Notes: a model not told the origin generated them from the sequence alone. DNA of 64,000 nucleotides from Anthoceros angustus (GCA_010909165.1 VJWM01000108.1:997237-1061236); one strand, 5' to 3'; positions 50,001 through 63,361 are shown, counted from the first letter of the stretch. Made by a program: numbers and translations.

Positions 50001-52723
50001 GAAGTATTCACTTTGGCTTTCGTAATATAAGCCATGACAACTGTCTTGTCGCCTATGAATGTTAGGAAATATCCGCCACCACCAATTGAGTGAAAGTGGC
50101 TCACATATGTCGCGGGACGAGCTCAAGAACGAAGCCTGTGAGGAGCTTGAAGTTCTTGATGACGCTTGACAAGATCTGCTTCACAAAGTGGTAAGGGTGG
50201 CAAACCGCAAACCTATCACATGCAAATGGATGTTTGCACGGCTTTTCTCCATGGCATCCTGGAAGAAGAGTTGTACATGGAGCGCCTGTAAGGCTATGTC
50301 GATCCGCACATCCGGACTATGTATGTTTCCTCATCAAATGCCTCTATGGGCTCAAGCAAAGTGCAGAACGATGGTACAAGCGTTGTGATAAAGCACTTAA
50401 GTCCCTTGGCCTTCGCCAATGCACAGCAGACTCCAATGTATATGTCCTGCAGGATGGAGCCAATTATGTTCTTCTGGCACTGTATGTTGATGACGTCATC
50501 CTGGCTTCTAACAGTACTGACCTTCTTACCCGTGTCAAGGGTCTCCTTAGCCGACCTTCGAGATGACAGATAGTGGTGACCTTCGCCTGCTTTAGGCATC
50601 CAATTACTCGTGGTTAGGTCCGAACGGCTCTTGATCATTCATCAACACAAGTACATAGCGTAAATTTTGCATAAGTTTAACATGCTTGCACATCCAAAGA
50701 AGTACACGGAGCTGCTTGGGGCTAAACTTACCCGTTATGAATGCCCTCTGACTGATGCTGATAAGGCAGATATGGCTGATGTTCCTTATCGTCACGCAGT
50801 AGGTAGCTTGATTTTTGTGAGCAATTGGACTCGCCCTGACATTCAACACTCGGTTAGTACAGTCTCCCAATTTATGGAGAACACAGGCCGAGCCCATTGG
50901 ACTGCTGTCAAGAGGATATTTCGATATTTACGTGGAACTCACTTCTATGGCCTTTGTTACAAGCATACTGGACAGTCCCCACTTACCTTGCATGGCTTCA
51001 CAGACGCCGATTGGGCTTCCGGTGACTCTAGGAAGAGTCTCGACCTATGTTTTTCTCCTTGCAGCCGCCGTTAGCCGAGTCATAAGAAGCAAACCAGCAT
51101 TGCGTTATCATCTTCCGAGGCGGAATATAAATCACAGCGGATGCAACTAAGGAAATCGAATGGGAAAGGTCTTTTCTTGATATCGGCCAAGAGCGATTAG
51201 GTCCCACTCACCGCAGCAGATAACCGCCATTGCTCTTGTCTCCAATCCTCGGTTCCATGCTCGTACAAAACACATCGAGATACAGCACCACTATGTCAGA
51301 GATGCTGCTGAGAGGGGAATTACCAAGGTTTTATATGTTCCCACAGATGATAACACAGCAGACATTCTGACTAAGGCTCTTCCCAAAGACAAGCATTACA
51401 AGCATATGGAAGGCCTCGGGCTGATTGTTTACAAGCCCTACTTTCTCAAAGAGTAACTCACAGATGGGGGGGGTGAGGTCTTCAACCTCAGATATGTGGA
51501 GATGCTGCCCGTTTTTTCTATGTTTCTCAAGTGCTCAGTGTGTGCAAACGAATAGATCATGGTCTGCGGAACCATAAGCTATTACTTTTCGATGATCAAA
51601 TGCATCGATGATCCTACATTCTGTGGGAGTGAACAGGATATGACTGTTGTTATCCATGTTGAGCTTCCTAACAGAGATGAGGTTCCTCGTCATTTCAGGG
51701 ACATGATACACATCTGTGAGTAAGAGTGTGATCCCTGAAGGAACTGGAATTTTCACTGTGCCTATTCCTGGAGACACAAGTGATCTATCGTCACCCAGGC
51801 AAACGAACTGATCTTTAGCTGGTCTATATGTGACGAATGCGCTTTATCGAAACTAATGCTAATTGTGATCAAGGTACCACTCATGTAATCGGGTCTCCCT
51901 TGTGTGTTTGTTGATGACATGTGGGTTAGCACCACTTCACCGCATGTGGATGAATCTGTCGCTCTAATCACCGGATGCCGTGTCTTTTCTCCTCCTCCGC
52001 AATATCTTCAGCAGAGTAGTCTCTGCTTCTTGAAGGGGTCCGAGCTAGTTTCGTTGCTGTATCCTGGAGTGTCTTCTCCTCGCAGGCTTTGCCCGGAGTA
52101 TGTTGAAGAGAACTTTCCAGCCTCCGACCACGATGGCGGCGCCACTATGTGGGTTTTCATCCCACTCCTCTTCACCGCTTCTTCTTGGCGCTCATACGTG
52201 TCCTACTGCTTGGACCTTTTCGAGGGCATTGTGCACACTAGGGCCATACAACTTGGACTCAAATAAGATGCAAGTGATGAGGACCGCGTATGCAGCTGCG
52301 AGATTTGTAGCAGTCTCCATGACTCTCCAGCTCACGCGTCCTTGTTTGGTTATGATCGCCGCAATTCAAGTTCCCTGCGCCCGCTTCTGCCTCGTGACTG
52401 TCCTGTGTCTTCTTCATTGATGACCCTGTCCTTCATCAATTGCGCCCAGACCTCCCTAAGCTCGTTTTGCTTAAGGGAGGGTGTTAGGAATTAAGCCTTA
52501 CTCGCTTAGGGTTAATTATCGGGTTATTTATATTTAGGTTTTATTATCTAAGGGTCATCTAGTGAAGAGGCACCTAGTGCATATATAGATATACTTTTAA
52601 ACACTTTTTGTATATTATTATTCTTATCAATTTGTCTCATGTTCTTTTCTCTCTTGCTCTCCCTTTCTGGTCATATCCTATTGTCATGTCCAATAATTAT
52701 CAGCTGGCCTAAACCCTAAACCC

Positions 52724-53075
52724 TGACAATGGCTGGCCGGACAATGGCTGGCCATACAATGGCTGGCCCGACAATAGCTGGGCATACAATGGCTGGCCCG
52801 ACAATGGCTGGCCCGACAATGGCTGGCCATACGATGGTTGATCATACAATGGCTGGCCAAAATCCAAGAATGGTGCCTAACGCCCGGCAATGGCTGGCCC
52901 GACGATGGTTGGCCCGATGATGGCTGGCCCGACAATGGCTGGCCCGACAATGGCTGGGCATAAAATGGTTGGCCAAAATCCAGGAATGGCGCCCAACGCC
53001 CGACAATGGCTGGGCATAAAATGGCTGGCCAAAATCTAGGAATGGCGCGCCGACAATGGTCGCCATATAATGGCC
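52724..53075. repeat. 15-bp satellite array 2, right part
   Basis: ACAATGGCTGGCC units, preceded by CCTAAACCCTAAACCCT at ~52708-52724. Confidence 0.9.
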
Positions 53076-53959
53076 CGCAAAGGCGGCATGTACAACATGT
53101 ACCATCGGGAGTGCGACTTGCTTGTGGGTGTAGAGGTGGCACCTCATAATAAGAACACTTAAGAAAATGCCAAAGAGCGTGACGATTAGTATTAGAGCGC
53201 CGCTCGCGACTTTTTCCTTTTAGGCCGTGTGTAAGGGCTGGGATTAATGGAGTGCGTGTTGCCGAGTGGCACGCCTCCGCACATTTTGAATGGACGTGTT
53301 CATCATCCCCCACCAAATTTAAAATACCCTCCCCTTCCTCCCGTCTCCCACCTAGCCCCCTTGCTAGTCCACCAAATTTATAACTTTGCTTACATTTTAC
53401 AATGTTGCTTATACTTCACGCAATCTACAACATGGGAGCCACATCATCGATCCCCGTTATAAATGAACTCTAATCATATTTTTGAAATCAATACCAATAA
53501 TAAAGACTTTTGAAGAAATAAAGATCAAATATCAAATTTTGAGAAAAGATTTTACAATGTAATCTACAACAAGGGAGGCACGTCATCAATCCACGCTGCA
53601 AATGGTCTTCAATAATATTTTTGTGATTAATAACAATAATAAAGAGTTTAAAAAATGAAGAACACATTTCGAGAAAAATATTTTACAACGTAATCTACAA
53701 CAAGGGAGCCACATCATCAATCGCTGATATATATTACCTCAAATCATATTTTTGATTAATAATAAAAAGAGTTTTAATAATAAAGAATACATTTTGAGAA
53801 AAATATTTTACAATGTAATCTATAACAAGGAAGCCACATCATCAATTGCTATTGTAAATGGCTTCCAATCATATTTTTGATTAATGATGATAAAAATATT
53901 TTTTGAAGAAATAAAGATCAAAATTTGAGAAAAAGGCTTTACAACGTAATCTACAACAA

Positions 53960-56900
53960 GGGCGCCGACAATGGCTGGCCCGGATGGCTGGCCCGACAGA
54001 GGAGGTTGTCGTAAGTCATTAGCAAAATTGCTTCATCCGCCCTCATCATTTTGTTGTTCTTCTTCCCCAGAGCAATCTCCTCGTAAGTCGCGGAAAGTGG
54101 CGTCGGGAAGAGCAAGAGGTCGAAATCCTCCTGTGTAGTGGGAACAGCTCCCACTTGCGGCCAAGTCCGGCTTTCATCAAAGGTGACACTGCGTGCGTAG
54201 ACCACCTTGTTCTGAGGTACGTCATAAAGCTTGTAAGCTTTTATACCTTCATTGTATCCTATCATAAGGAATTTCTTGGCCTTAGCAGCTAACTTGGTTC
54301 TCTTGGCCTTAGGAATGAAAGCGTAAGCTATGCAACCGAAGGTTCGAAGATGAAGGATAGCTGGTTTTCTACCAAAGAAAGCTTCATAAGGGGTCTGTCC
54401 TAAGACTGCAGTGGTGGGCAATCTGTTGCGTAAATAAACAGCTGTCATGAGGGCCTCAGCCCAGTATGGGAGTGGCAGTGAGGCTTGGTGGAACAAGGAA
54501 GAAACCATCTCCTGCAGTGTTAAATTCAAGCGCTCAGCTACACCATTTTGTTGTGGTGTGTATACGACTGTAAGTTGTCGTCCTATCCCTCATCTGCACA
54601 ATAGGCTTGAAATTTGTTTGATGTGAATTCACCACCATTGTCAGAACGGAGGGTTTTCAGCTGTTTTCCAGTCCATCTCTCTGTATACTTCATGTAGTCT
54701 TTAAATAGGGAGAAGTATTCACTTTTGGCTTTCAGAATATAAGCCATGACAAATCTGGTCTTGTCGTCTATGAATGTTAGGAAATATCTGCCACCACCAA
54801 TTGAGGGCTGTGAAAGTGGCTCACATATGTCAGTGTGGACGAGCTCAAGAACGTCTGAAGCCTTGTGAGGAGCTTGGTTCTTGAAGGCTGCTTGATGACG
54901 TTTGGACAGTACACAGGCTTCACAAAGTGGTAAGGGTGGCAAACCGCCAATTTTTCCATCACCATACATGTCACTAGTTGCTAGTTTCTGTAACTTGGCA
55001 CTGTGAGGGTGACCTAAACGTGCATGCCATAACCTAGCTTTTTCTATCTGCTTTGCAGCGCTTTGCAGTTGTCTCTGAAGACTTAGAAGCTAAGTGTGTT
55101 CTGGCATCACTGCTGTGTGTGTGTGCAAACGAAATAGATCATGGTCTGCGGAACCATAAGCTATTACTTTTCCATGATCAAATGCATCGATGATCCTACA
55201 TTCTGTGGGAGTGAACAGGATATGACTGTTGTTATCCATGTTGAGCTTCCTAACAAAGATGAGGTTCCTAGTCATTTCAGGGACATGATACACATATGTG
55301 AGTAAGAGTGTGATCCTGAAGGAACTGGAATTTTCACTGTGCCTATTCCTGGAGACACAAGTGATCTATCGTCACCCAGGTAAACGAACTGATCTTTAGC
55401 TGGTCTATATGTGACGAATGCGTTTCTATCGAAACTAATGTGCGCTGTTGCACCTGTATCAAGGTACCACTCATGTACTGGTCTCCCTTGTGTGTTTGTT
55501 GACAGACATGTGGGGTTAGCAAGAGGATGAGCAAACTCCCTAGTCCCTACCGTCAGGGCTGAAGGGGAAGCTTGCTTTTTCACCATGGCGTGTGTCTCAA
55601 AAGTGGAGTTGCCCTCCTTGCGAGGTACCCCGGGCTTCTTCGACACTTGCTTTCCCAATGACCGAACTGCACCAGTGGCATTTTCCGTCTTCTTGGGTTT
55701 CTTCGTGAAGTAGCTCACGTGAGGTCAAGATCCAAGGAGATAATTGTATGCTATATATGTATGTCCTAGTGGAAAAGACTATCATAAAAAGTAGTTACAC
55801 TTCTAAGATAGTATGTTATACATGCATGTCTTAGTATGAAAGACTACCATAAAGAGTAATTCCTCACTATATACGTATATCATAGCAAGAAAAGATAATA
55901 TATCATATAAAGTGAGTATACAATTCTTGCAAAAATTAGCACTTGAGGTATTCTTTACCTCGAGTTAGGCTTGCCGCCTTTGTTTCGCTTTGTGGTGTGA
56001 AGAGCTGCGCTTGCGCATGCCCTAGTTCCTCTTGTTGCTTCTTCCCGAGAAGAGCTCTCACTAACTCAAAACGTTGTTTGGGGAAGGGTAAAGCCTGCAG
56101 CCTTAGCTAGTTTCGGCCCTGGCTGCGGCGTTGTAGGACGTCACAAAAGTGTGACCATGACTGGGAGTGACATCATGAAAATACAATGTGAGTAAATCAT
56201 GCTTGAGAGATTCTTGAGAAGCGCTCTCTAGCTTAGAAACCAGTGTTCTAAAGAATCCAAGATGTTTTTCAATTGTATCTCCGCTCTCATTTTTGCGCTC
56301 AACATTGTGAAGTGTCCGTCGACTTGTGGTATTTTGTGCTCGTAGATCTTGAAGCTGGACCATATCTCGTGAAGTCTTGCATCCAGTCTCACGAGCATGT
56401 CGAGGTCAACCCACTCCGGATCGGTACATGGCGCTTCATCCCTAATATATTGTCCATGCATCCCGATTCTTCTTTCAAGAGTAGAAGGAGTGGAGTCCAG
56501 TACAATGGCGAAACTTGTCCTCCCCTTTGGCCAGCTTCCATAGCTGCTTGTTTTGTAGTGCTCCTCGCATCCGCATAACCTAGATATCATAATCTGCTCC
56601 CCAAATCTGTCCTTTTCCTTGAAGCCATCTCCACCAAGGTTAGTGTTTGGCTCAGCCATGATTAAGATTTTTGTAGGTCCTTCCTAGCTGTTAGGATTTT
56701 TATGTCTGTTAGACTAATGCTCCTGTCTGACCTAACCTGTGCAGGTCAACAGGGCTGATGGTTCAAGGGTATCTAAGATGCTATTGATGCATCAAAGATG
56801 GCCGCAAACCGCGCCGCTTACAAAGGGTTAGGTGGTTAGCATGTCCATTACGTAGGTTGACAGGCTGCATTTGAACTTTGTTTGCAATCCTTTGTTTTCT

Positions 56901-57010
56901 AATCTCCCACTTGTTAAATGCATAGGTGGAGCAAGAGGGACATGAATTTGGAGCATCAAATGTATGCAGCTTATTTGTTTTATTTGCACGCTTACATGCA
57001 ACACCCCTGG
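53960..57010 (-). mobile_element. Copia family 4, longer copy: gag - protease - integrase, truncated before RT, no LTR seen
   Basis: MAEPNTNLGGDGFKEKDRF (56659), WYLDTGATAHIS, LWHARLGH, CEACVLSK, LRSDNGGEF, YWAEALMTAVYLRNR. Confidence 0.9.
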
Positions 57011-57016
57011 AGGCGA

Positions 57017-58310
57017 GCATCGACGCACGCCTGTTCAAACTGAAGGCGCGCCTCACACCTTGCGGCCGTGCCCCTTGGTCACCAGTGTTGCCACTTTCGT
57101 GAAGATGCCTATATCGAGTTCATGTCTTTTTTTGCACACTGCTGCACACAAAAGTTGCTGGATCGATATGCATGACATTCGATTCATCTGGCCGCCGCGC
57201 CTCCATGCAATATAGGTGCTCTCGTGGTCGATTTGCAAGGCGCCATGGCCACACCTGCATCAGCCAGCCAACACCTATCATAGATGGATTGCAACGGGTT
57301 TCCCTATGCACCCGTTTTCGGTTGGTAGATGGGCCATCGGACATTATTCCGTTTATTTTAAGCAATTGATATTCCATGATACTCATATTGGGCTATCTAG
57401 GCATTTCCCGTATTCATGTTTTCCTTGTATTTAGGTATTTTCTTAAAAACATATTTTTGGAAATGTTTTTCCTCTAGCTTAATTCATTTCTTTATGAACT
57501 TTGGAGTATGTTCTTAAGCACCTAGTTTCCTATTTAGTGGGAGTTAGGCTATGTCGTTTAGCTCTTTAGGTAGCTAATTTTCACCCCTACTTCATAGTGA
57601 GTGAGAGTGATGAAATATTTGACATGTTAGGGCCCTATTCATAAGGTAGCTAATTTTCACCCCTGCTTCATAGTGAGTGAGAGTGATGAAATATTTGACA
57701 TATAAGGGCCCTATTCATAAGGTATCCCTTAAATTATAGAATTAACATTATTTATTTCTTAGGGATACAACTAGTTTAATTAGTTACTTAATTGGTTATT
57801 TGGTTACAACAATCTATAACAGCGTGTGGGTGGAGAGGGGTTTCTCCAGTGACCCCATTTTGCACACGCCCGAACTTGCGAATGCCAAATTGCACGCTGA
57901 AAAATCCGTATTGAAAACAGCAGTTTTGAAGAGTTTAGGTCTTATTAACGCATTTACAAATGTATTTGATTTTATACTTTATCAAATTATGAGGTATCCT
58001 AAAAGAAGGCCACTCTCACGACCAGCACGTGTACCAACGCTACGCTTTAAGGCCTCTGCTGATTACGATGCAAACAAGTTTGCGCAACAACTTTCACTGC
58101 ACTACCAATCCTAAGACTATACTCTCACTATGTGAATTCTATAGGACTTTGTTTCTCAAACATTGGCACGATAGTATCTTCATTGATCTAATGCTCTTGA
58201 TCTGCGTGCAATGCAAGAACGAGATTGGTATGGTAGACCTGCACTTGGAGCTGGGCGCACGCCAAACGTCTCAAGATTCAAAAGAATGGTTCTCACTACT
58301 AGTTCAAAGC
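57017..58310. repeat. second copy of 15765-17695, lacking 15925-16568
   Basis: Near-identical sequence; near-identical short ORFs in the track at 17179 and 57800. Confidence 0.85.
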
Positions 58311-59344
58311 TTTGATCACTACAAGAAAAGATGAGGGCTAAGTCAAGATGAGGACATATTCAAATTAGGGAGGTGCACAAAAAGGGTTGAAAACACCAAA
58401 ACGAAAACTTTTAAAACAACAAAAATATTAAAAAAATACCAAAAAAATGCACGAAAAGGCCAAAATTTTATAGCAAGTGCGCTCACTTGCCCGAGAACCT
58501 AAAATTGTTTTTTTTTGGGATGTATTTTGTATGTTTTTGGATTTGTTTCTTATTTTGTGCAAATAGGCTTGCACACTACCACGTTGGGTTCGCAAACCTG
58601 TCTGTGCACTCATCTCGTTCTGTCTGTTTTCTAACAGAAATGCTTGTATGGGATGAAGGGCGGACATGCTTATGAAATAGCTTGTAACTGATGGTTCTCC
58701 TTATTTTCACCCCTTCAAAATTGCGGTGTCCACCCATGGATGCGGTACATTGTGACCAAATGAAAATACAGGGTGTGGCGCCGCGACTTTGAACACCACA
58801 TTTAAATTAGCAAACACTCTTAAAAAAAGCCAAAAACAAAACGAATACGCATTTTTGCCCAAAAAACGACGGGATTTTAGCCATAACTCCTTTTTGCCGG
58901 AGAAACCCCTTTCTACCCAGAGGTTATTCTATAACCACTTAGTTCGTATAAATATTATGTACTTTTCATTATGATAATCAATGCATAAGTTCCTTTGAGC
59001 TTGTCCTTGATTCTCGTCATGACTTTCTGTGCATGTTAATCAAACTGCCGGCTACATACACATCGCCTCTCCTTGTCCTATGGTCCTATGTATGTAGCTG
59101 CCTACTAAGAAGCAAAGCGCTCTATAGGAGCAAGGCGGCCATACCTGCACATGCTTGCGGCAGGCTCACACATAACGAGAAGGCAATAGATTTGGGTAGA
59201 GCCATGCCCTCTTCTTGCATAGCACAATGGAGGAAGGTCTAAAGGCCATGCCGGGGATATCCTTACATACGGACTTGATAAAAAGCATGTGGTGACGGGC
59301 TGCCTGTTTGATCAATTGATTTGTTGATTGATTAATGCATATAT

Positions 59345-61700
59345 TTTCTTTTCCTTCTATTTTGGTAGATCACGTGAGGTCAAGATCCAAGGAGATAATT
59401 GTATGCTATATATGTATGTCCTAGTGGAAAAGACTATCATAAAAAGTAGTTACACTTCTAAGATAGTATGTTATACATGCATGTCTTAGTATGAAAGACT
59501 ACCATAAAGAGTAATTCCTCACTATATATACGACATCATAGCAAGAAAGATAATATATCATATAAAGTGAGTATACATTCTTGCAAAACATTAGCACTTG
59601 TTCTTGCAGCAAGCAATTTGATAGTTCAAAATGAAATCAAAACAAAACTCCATGAACTTTCTAAAGCCGTTCTTTGGGTCTTAGAAGTAATGCATGTGAT
59701 GAGGATAGCAATGGAAAAGAAAGCAAGAAGCCTATGAAAGGGTACATAGTTGTGGAGGTGGGGGATGAAAGGATTAGGTTTCCTCTTTCAATGGACGAGC
59801 TCAACCATGCCTTGTTCAGGCCCTTATTAGACTATACGGAGGCTGAGTTTGGCTTTCTTCAAAAAGGCAACTTGCGTATTCCTTGCAATGTAGAGTTGTT
59901 CAAGAGATTGCTTCAATTTATCAGGAGTAATCCACCGATACCAACTTCAACCTATCAAAGCATTCTTCATTATCATTGCACACGGAAGTTGGCTTTATGT
60001 CACAAGTGTCAGGAGCAACCCGATGACAAAAAAATTTATTAAGTAGATTCCTACTTCATAATGTTGTAGTCCCTAGTAGTTGGCACACGCAATGATGGGA
60101 GAATATGCAAACATGAGAATCAAGGTTGGAATATGTCAAATATGCTTAGTTTCAACTCGTTTGAAAAGTTAGCTTAGCCATTACTTTATTACTTTATTTT
60201 CAAAACGAACCTCCTAGAAATATGAAGGTAGAAAATTGTAAGTTAGATTTTTAAGTTACAAGACTTCATGGAGGGTACGAGCAGACAACACTCCATCACT
60301 TCCATGGTGAACTATTGCCACATGTGTGGTAGATCTATTGGGCAGAGCAAGAGAACTTGACGAGGTACTACTAGCTCTCACAAGATCATAGCCAAATTGC
60401 CTCATGCTACTGCTCACAGGTTGCCCCTGGCCGGAAAGTGAGCACAACAAAGTCCTCTACATTATGACAATCACCTCCCATTGGAATGCCCCTGCCTCCC
60501 ACGCAGGTCATACCATGCTATCAGTTCTTCTTCATTCTCGCAGCTCTTCAACATGACCAAAGGGATTTAAAGGAGCCCGAATGAAGAGTGCCGTAATATG
60601 TTAAATATTTCATCAAGTTAGGGAGCATGGGTTGAGGCATTGCAAGTGTTTAATACATTGCCCAAAAGAAACATGGCCACTCGGCATGCCCAGATTGAAG
60701 GCTACTCCTGCGAAGGAGACGGTGACGTGATATTAACATGCTCTGAAAATCGCAGACGGCCAGACCGCCACATTGTTTAGTATACCAAGTCTGCAGATTT
60801 GGTGTTGAATGATATTGATATTTTTAGAAATTAAAATTATTTAATTTTTAGGACTAGAAGTAATTTAATTAGTTACTTAATTGGTTAATTGGTTACAACA
60901 ACCTATAACACACCTACTTCACACAAATATTATGTACTTTCTATTATTATAATCAATGCATAAGATCCTTTGAGCAAGTCCTTGATTCTCTTCATGGTTT
61001 CAGAGCCATGATTTTTGTACTAGTGTAGAGGATATATCCTGTGTATCATCAATGACACATATTGCAAGATGCCAAAACCCAAGACTTTGACGCGGTCCAC
61101 GCTAATGTGTGATCTGAGGGAGGATCTCAATAACACCACCGCCTGCTCGACTCATCTACTCGACTGCGCGAGGGCAAAGCTCAACGATTTCCTACGTGCA
61201 CCGCCACTCCGATCCTCATTATCCAGTCAACGGAATCGCGTAGAGTCAATCAAGATCCTGCTTCACTCCACAAGTCACTCGGCGTGGTAAGAGCTTCTAG
61301 ATCCTTTTCAAACGGAGACGACCAAAGAAGCGAGATAAGCACAATGAACTTATGAGCTGCTTTTCCTCGTGCTTGAGTGCCTCCGTGGGTCAAGGCCTGA
61401 CGCCAAAATGTTGCTATCTAGAGATGCCGCCTCGTTGATGCTGTGTAGGGCTTCGCCGTCAAAAGGCAATCCGTCCGAGATCGCAACCATGGAATGGCAT
61501 GAAGAAAGCAAACTCAATGTGAAAAGGCGCACATGCATCGTGTGGACGTGCATCCTTGAGGCGTGCCTACATGCTTGAGGCGTGCACGCAGTGTGCATCG
61601 ACTACGCTGGAACCGGCGCCACACCTTGGCGCCGTGCCCCTCGTCACCAATGCTGCTACTTTCGTGAAGATGTACCAGTCTATGTTCTTTTTTGCACAAC
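59345..61700. repeat. second copy of 13445-15880
   Basis: Near-identical sequence including the SAUR gene, the PPR fragment and the MPK.KTLTRST ORF. Confidence 0.85.
59631..60042 (+). pseudogene. SAUR: SAUR-family copy 2 (apparent +1 frameshift after codon 13)
   Basis: ATG at 59631 is homologous to 13734, but ccgttctttgggtcttag has one extra base and stops. The downstream frame keeps KGYIVVEVG...LRIPC. Confidence 0.75.
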
Positions 61701-62574
61701 CCTAAACCCTAAAAGTTGTTGGATCGTGTGGAACGCAAAAGTTTGGGCAACCAGCCCAAAAGAGCCAGAAGACGAACAGGTTTGATTTTTTTTTTGGCTA
61801 AAAACGATTGAAGGGGAGCATGTCAGGAAATTTTCTGCGAAGCTTGGAGTCGGAGTTGTAGGATATTGTTAGGAAGGCAGCGAGGACATCTCAGGGAAAA
61901 GAAACGGGTCGAAACGACCCCCAGACGAGGCGGAAGGGCATTTGGCGCAGACTACCGCCGAGGTCAGCCACCCTTGCCCGAGGGGTCGAGAAAGGGGCAG
62001 ACTACTGTGGCAGAATCCAAGGCATCATGTGGGCCGACGAACTGCCAAAAGGGAAATTAGAATAGGAAGGGGTATCCACTATATATGCTCATCAATAGGG
62101 GAATAAATATGTAGGATAATTCGAACGCAATTAATTAGGGATAATAGGCAGAATAGGAACATAGGTAATTCAGATAGGATTAGGTAATTTAGAATGATGA
62201 CACGAATCTAGGGTTGTGAAGCCTCCAGGTGGCGGACATCCGAGAAGGGCAAAGTGCAGTTTTGGAAGCGCCAACTCTCTCTTCGAACTAAGGCATCCTC
62301 ACTTCGCGAGACTGGAGCTGGAGCGTAAGCGCAAGAGGAAAAAGAGAGAGCCGCCATCGCCCTTGCCATCACCAATTGCTGGCCAAAGCAGCGAAAAGGA
62401 GCTAGGCGCATGTTAGATCGAGATAACCTGAAATGGACTCAGCTTTGAATTGGCTCGGAGAAAGAGCGCCAGGGAAAGACACCGAGGATGCGGAGCGTGA
62501 CGGACTGGCGATTTCGCAAGGCAGCCATTGCCCGCCCAGCAGTACCGTAAGTGTTTACGTAGCCACAACGCAAG

Positions 62575-62890
62575 TTAGGGTTAAGGGTTTTAGGGTTTAG
62601 GTTTAGGGTTAAGGTTTAGGGTTTAGGGTTCTAGGTTTAGGGTTTAATAGGGTTCTAGGGTTTTAGGGTTTAGGGTTTAGGGTTTTAGGGTTTAGGGTTT
62701 TAGGGTTTAGGGTTAGGGTTTAGGGTTAGGGTTAAGGTTTAGGGTTTAGGGTTTAGGGTTTAGGGTTAGGGTTTAGGGTTAAGGGTTTAGGGTTTTAGGG
62801 TTTAGGGTTAGGGTTTAGGGTTAGGGTTTAGGGTTTTAGGCCTCCAGGGTTTAGGGTTTAGGGTTTAGGGTTTAGGGTTTAGGGTTAGGG
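62575..62890 (+). repeat. interstitial telomeric repeat (TTTAGGG)n with TTAGGG and TTTTAGGG variants
   Basis: About 45 tandem plant telomere units; unique sequence resumes at 63.36 kb. Confidence 0.95.
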
Positions 62891-63361
62891 CCCAGGCCCA
62901 GGCCCAGGCCCAGGCCCAGGGCCCAGGCCCAGGCCCAGGCCAGGGTTTGAATGAGGCAGGGCCCAGGCCCAGGCCCAGGCCCAGGGCCCAGGCCCAGGGC
63001 CCAGGCCCAGGCCCAGGGCCCAGGGCCCAGGCCCAGGCCCAGGCCCAGGGCCCAGGGCCCAGGCCCAGGGCCCAGGGCCCAGGGCCCAGGCCCAGGCCCA
63101 GGCCCAGGGCCCAGGCCCAGGCCCAGGCCCAGGGCCCAGGCCCAGGCCCAGGCCCAGGCCCAGGCCCAGGCCCAGGGCCCAGGCCCAGGCCCAGGGCCCA
63201 GGCCCAGGGCCCAGGCCCAGGGCCCAGGCCCAGGCCCAGGCCCAGGCCCAGGGCCCAGGCCCAGGCCCAGGGCCCAGGCCCAGGCCCAGGGCCCAGGCCC
63301 AGGCCCAGGCCCAGGCCCAGGGCCCAGGCCCAGGGCCCAGGCCCAGGCCCAGGCCCAGGGG
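62891..63361 (+). repeat. (CCCAGG/CCCAGGG)n array contiguous with the telomeric array
   Basis: Mixed 6- and 7-bp units, equal to TTTAGG(G) with T replaced by C. Confidence 0.85.

Larger units (their letters stand above)
38343..52702 (+). mobile_element. Ty1/Copia LTR retrotransposon (Copia-3), LTRs 38343-38564 and 52482-52702, TSD GCTGG; rearranged
   Basis: TG...CA LTRs, PBS TGGTATCAGAGC at 38565, PPT AAGGGAGGG. gag (KRKDRFTG), knuckle CNWCGIPGHWAKEC, protease WFLDSGATAHIC, integrase 47.1-48.2 kb, RT (LYVDDVIL) and RNase H (FTDADWA) at 50.2-51.45 kb. Confidence 0.95.

Noticed and set aside
58317-58329. CACTACAAGAAAA, a perfect CACTA terminal motif
   Set aside because: No matching inverted end or TSD found in the window.
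62208-62411. Short minus-strand ORF with transit-peptide-like composition (MARAMAALSFSSC...)
   Set aside because: Short, with no identifiable domain or downstream exons.
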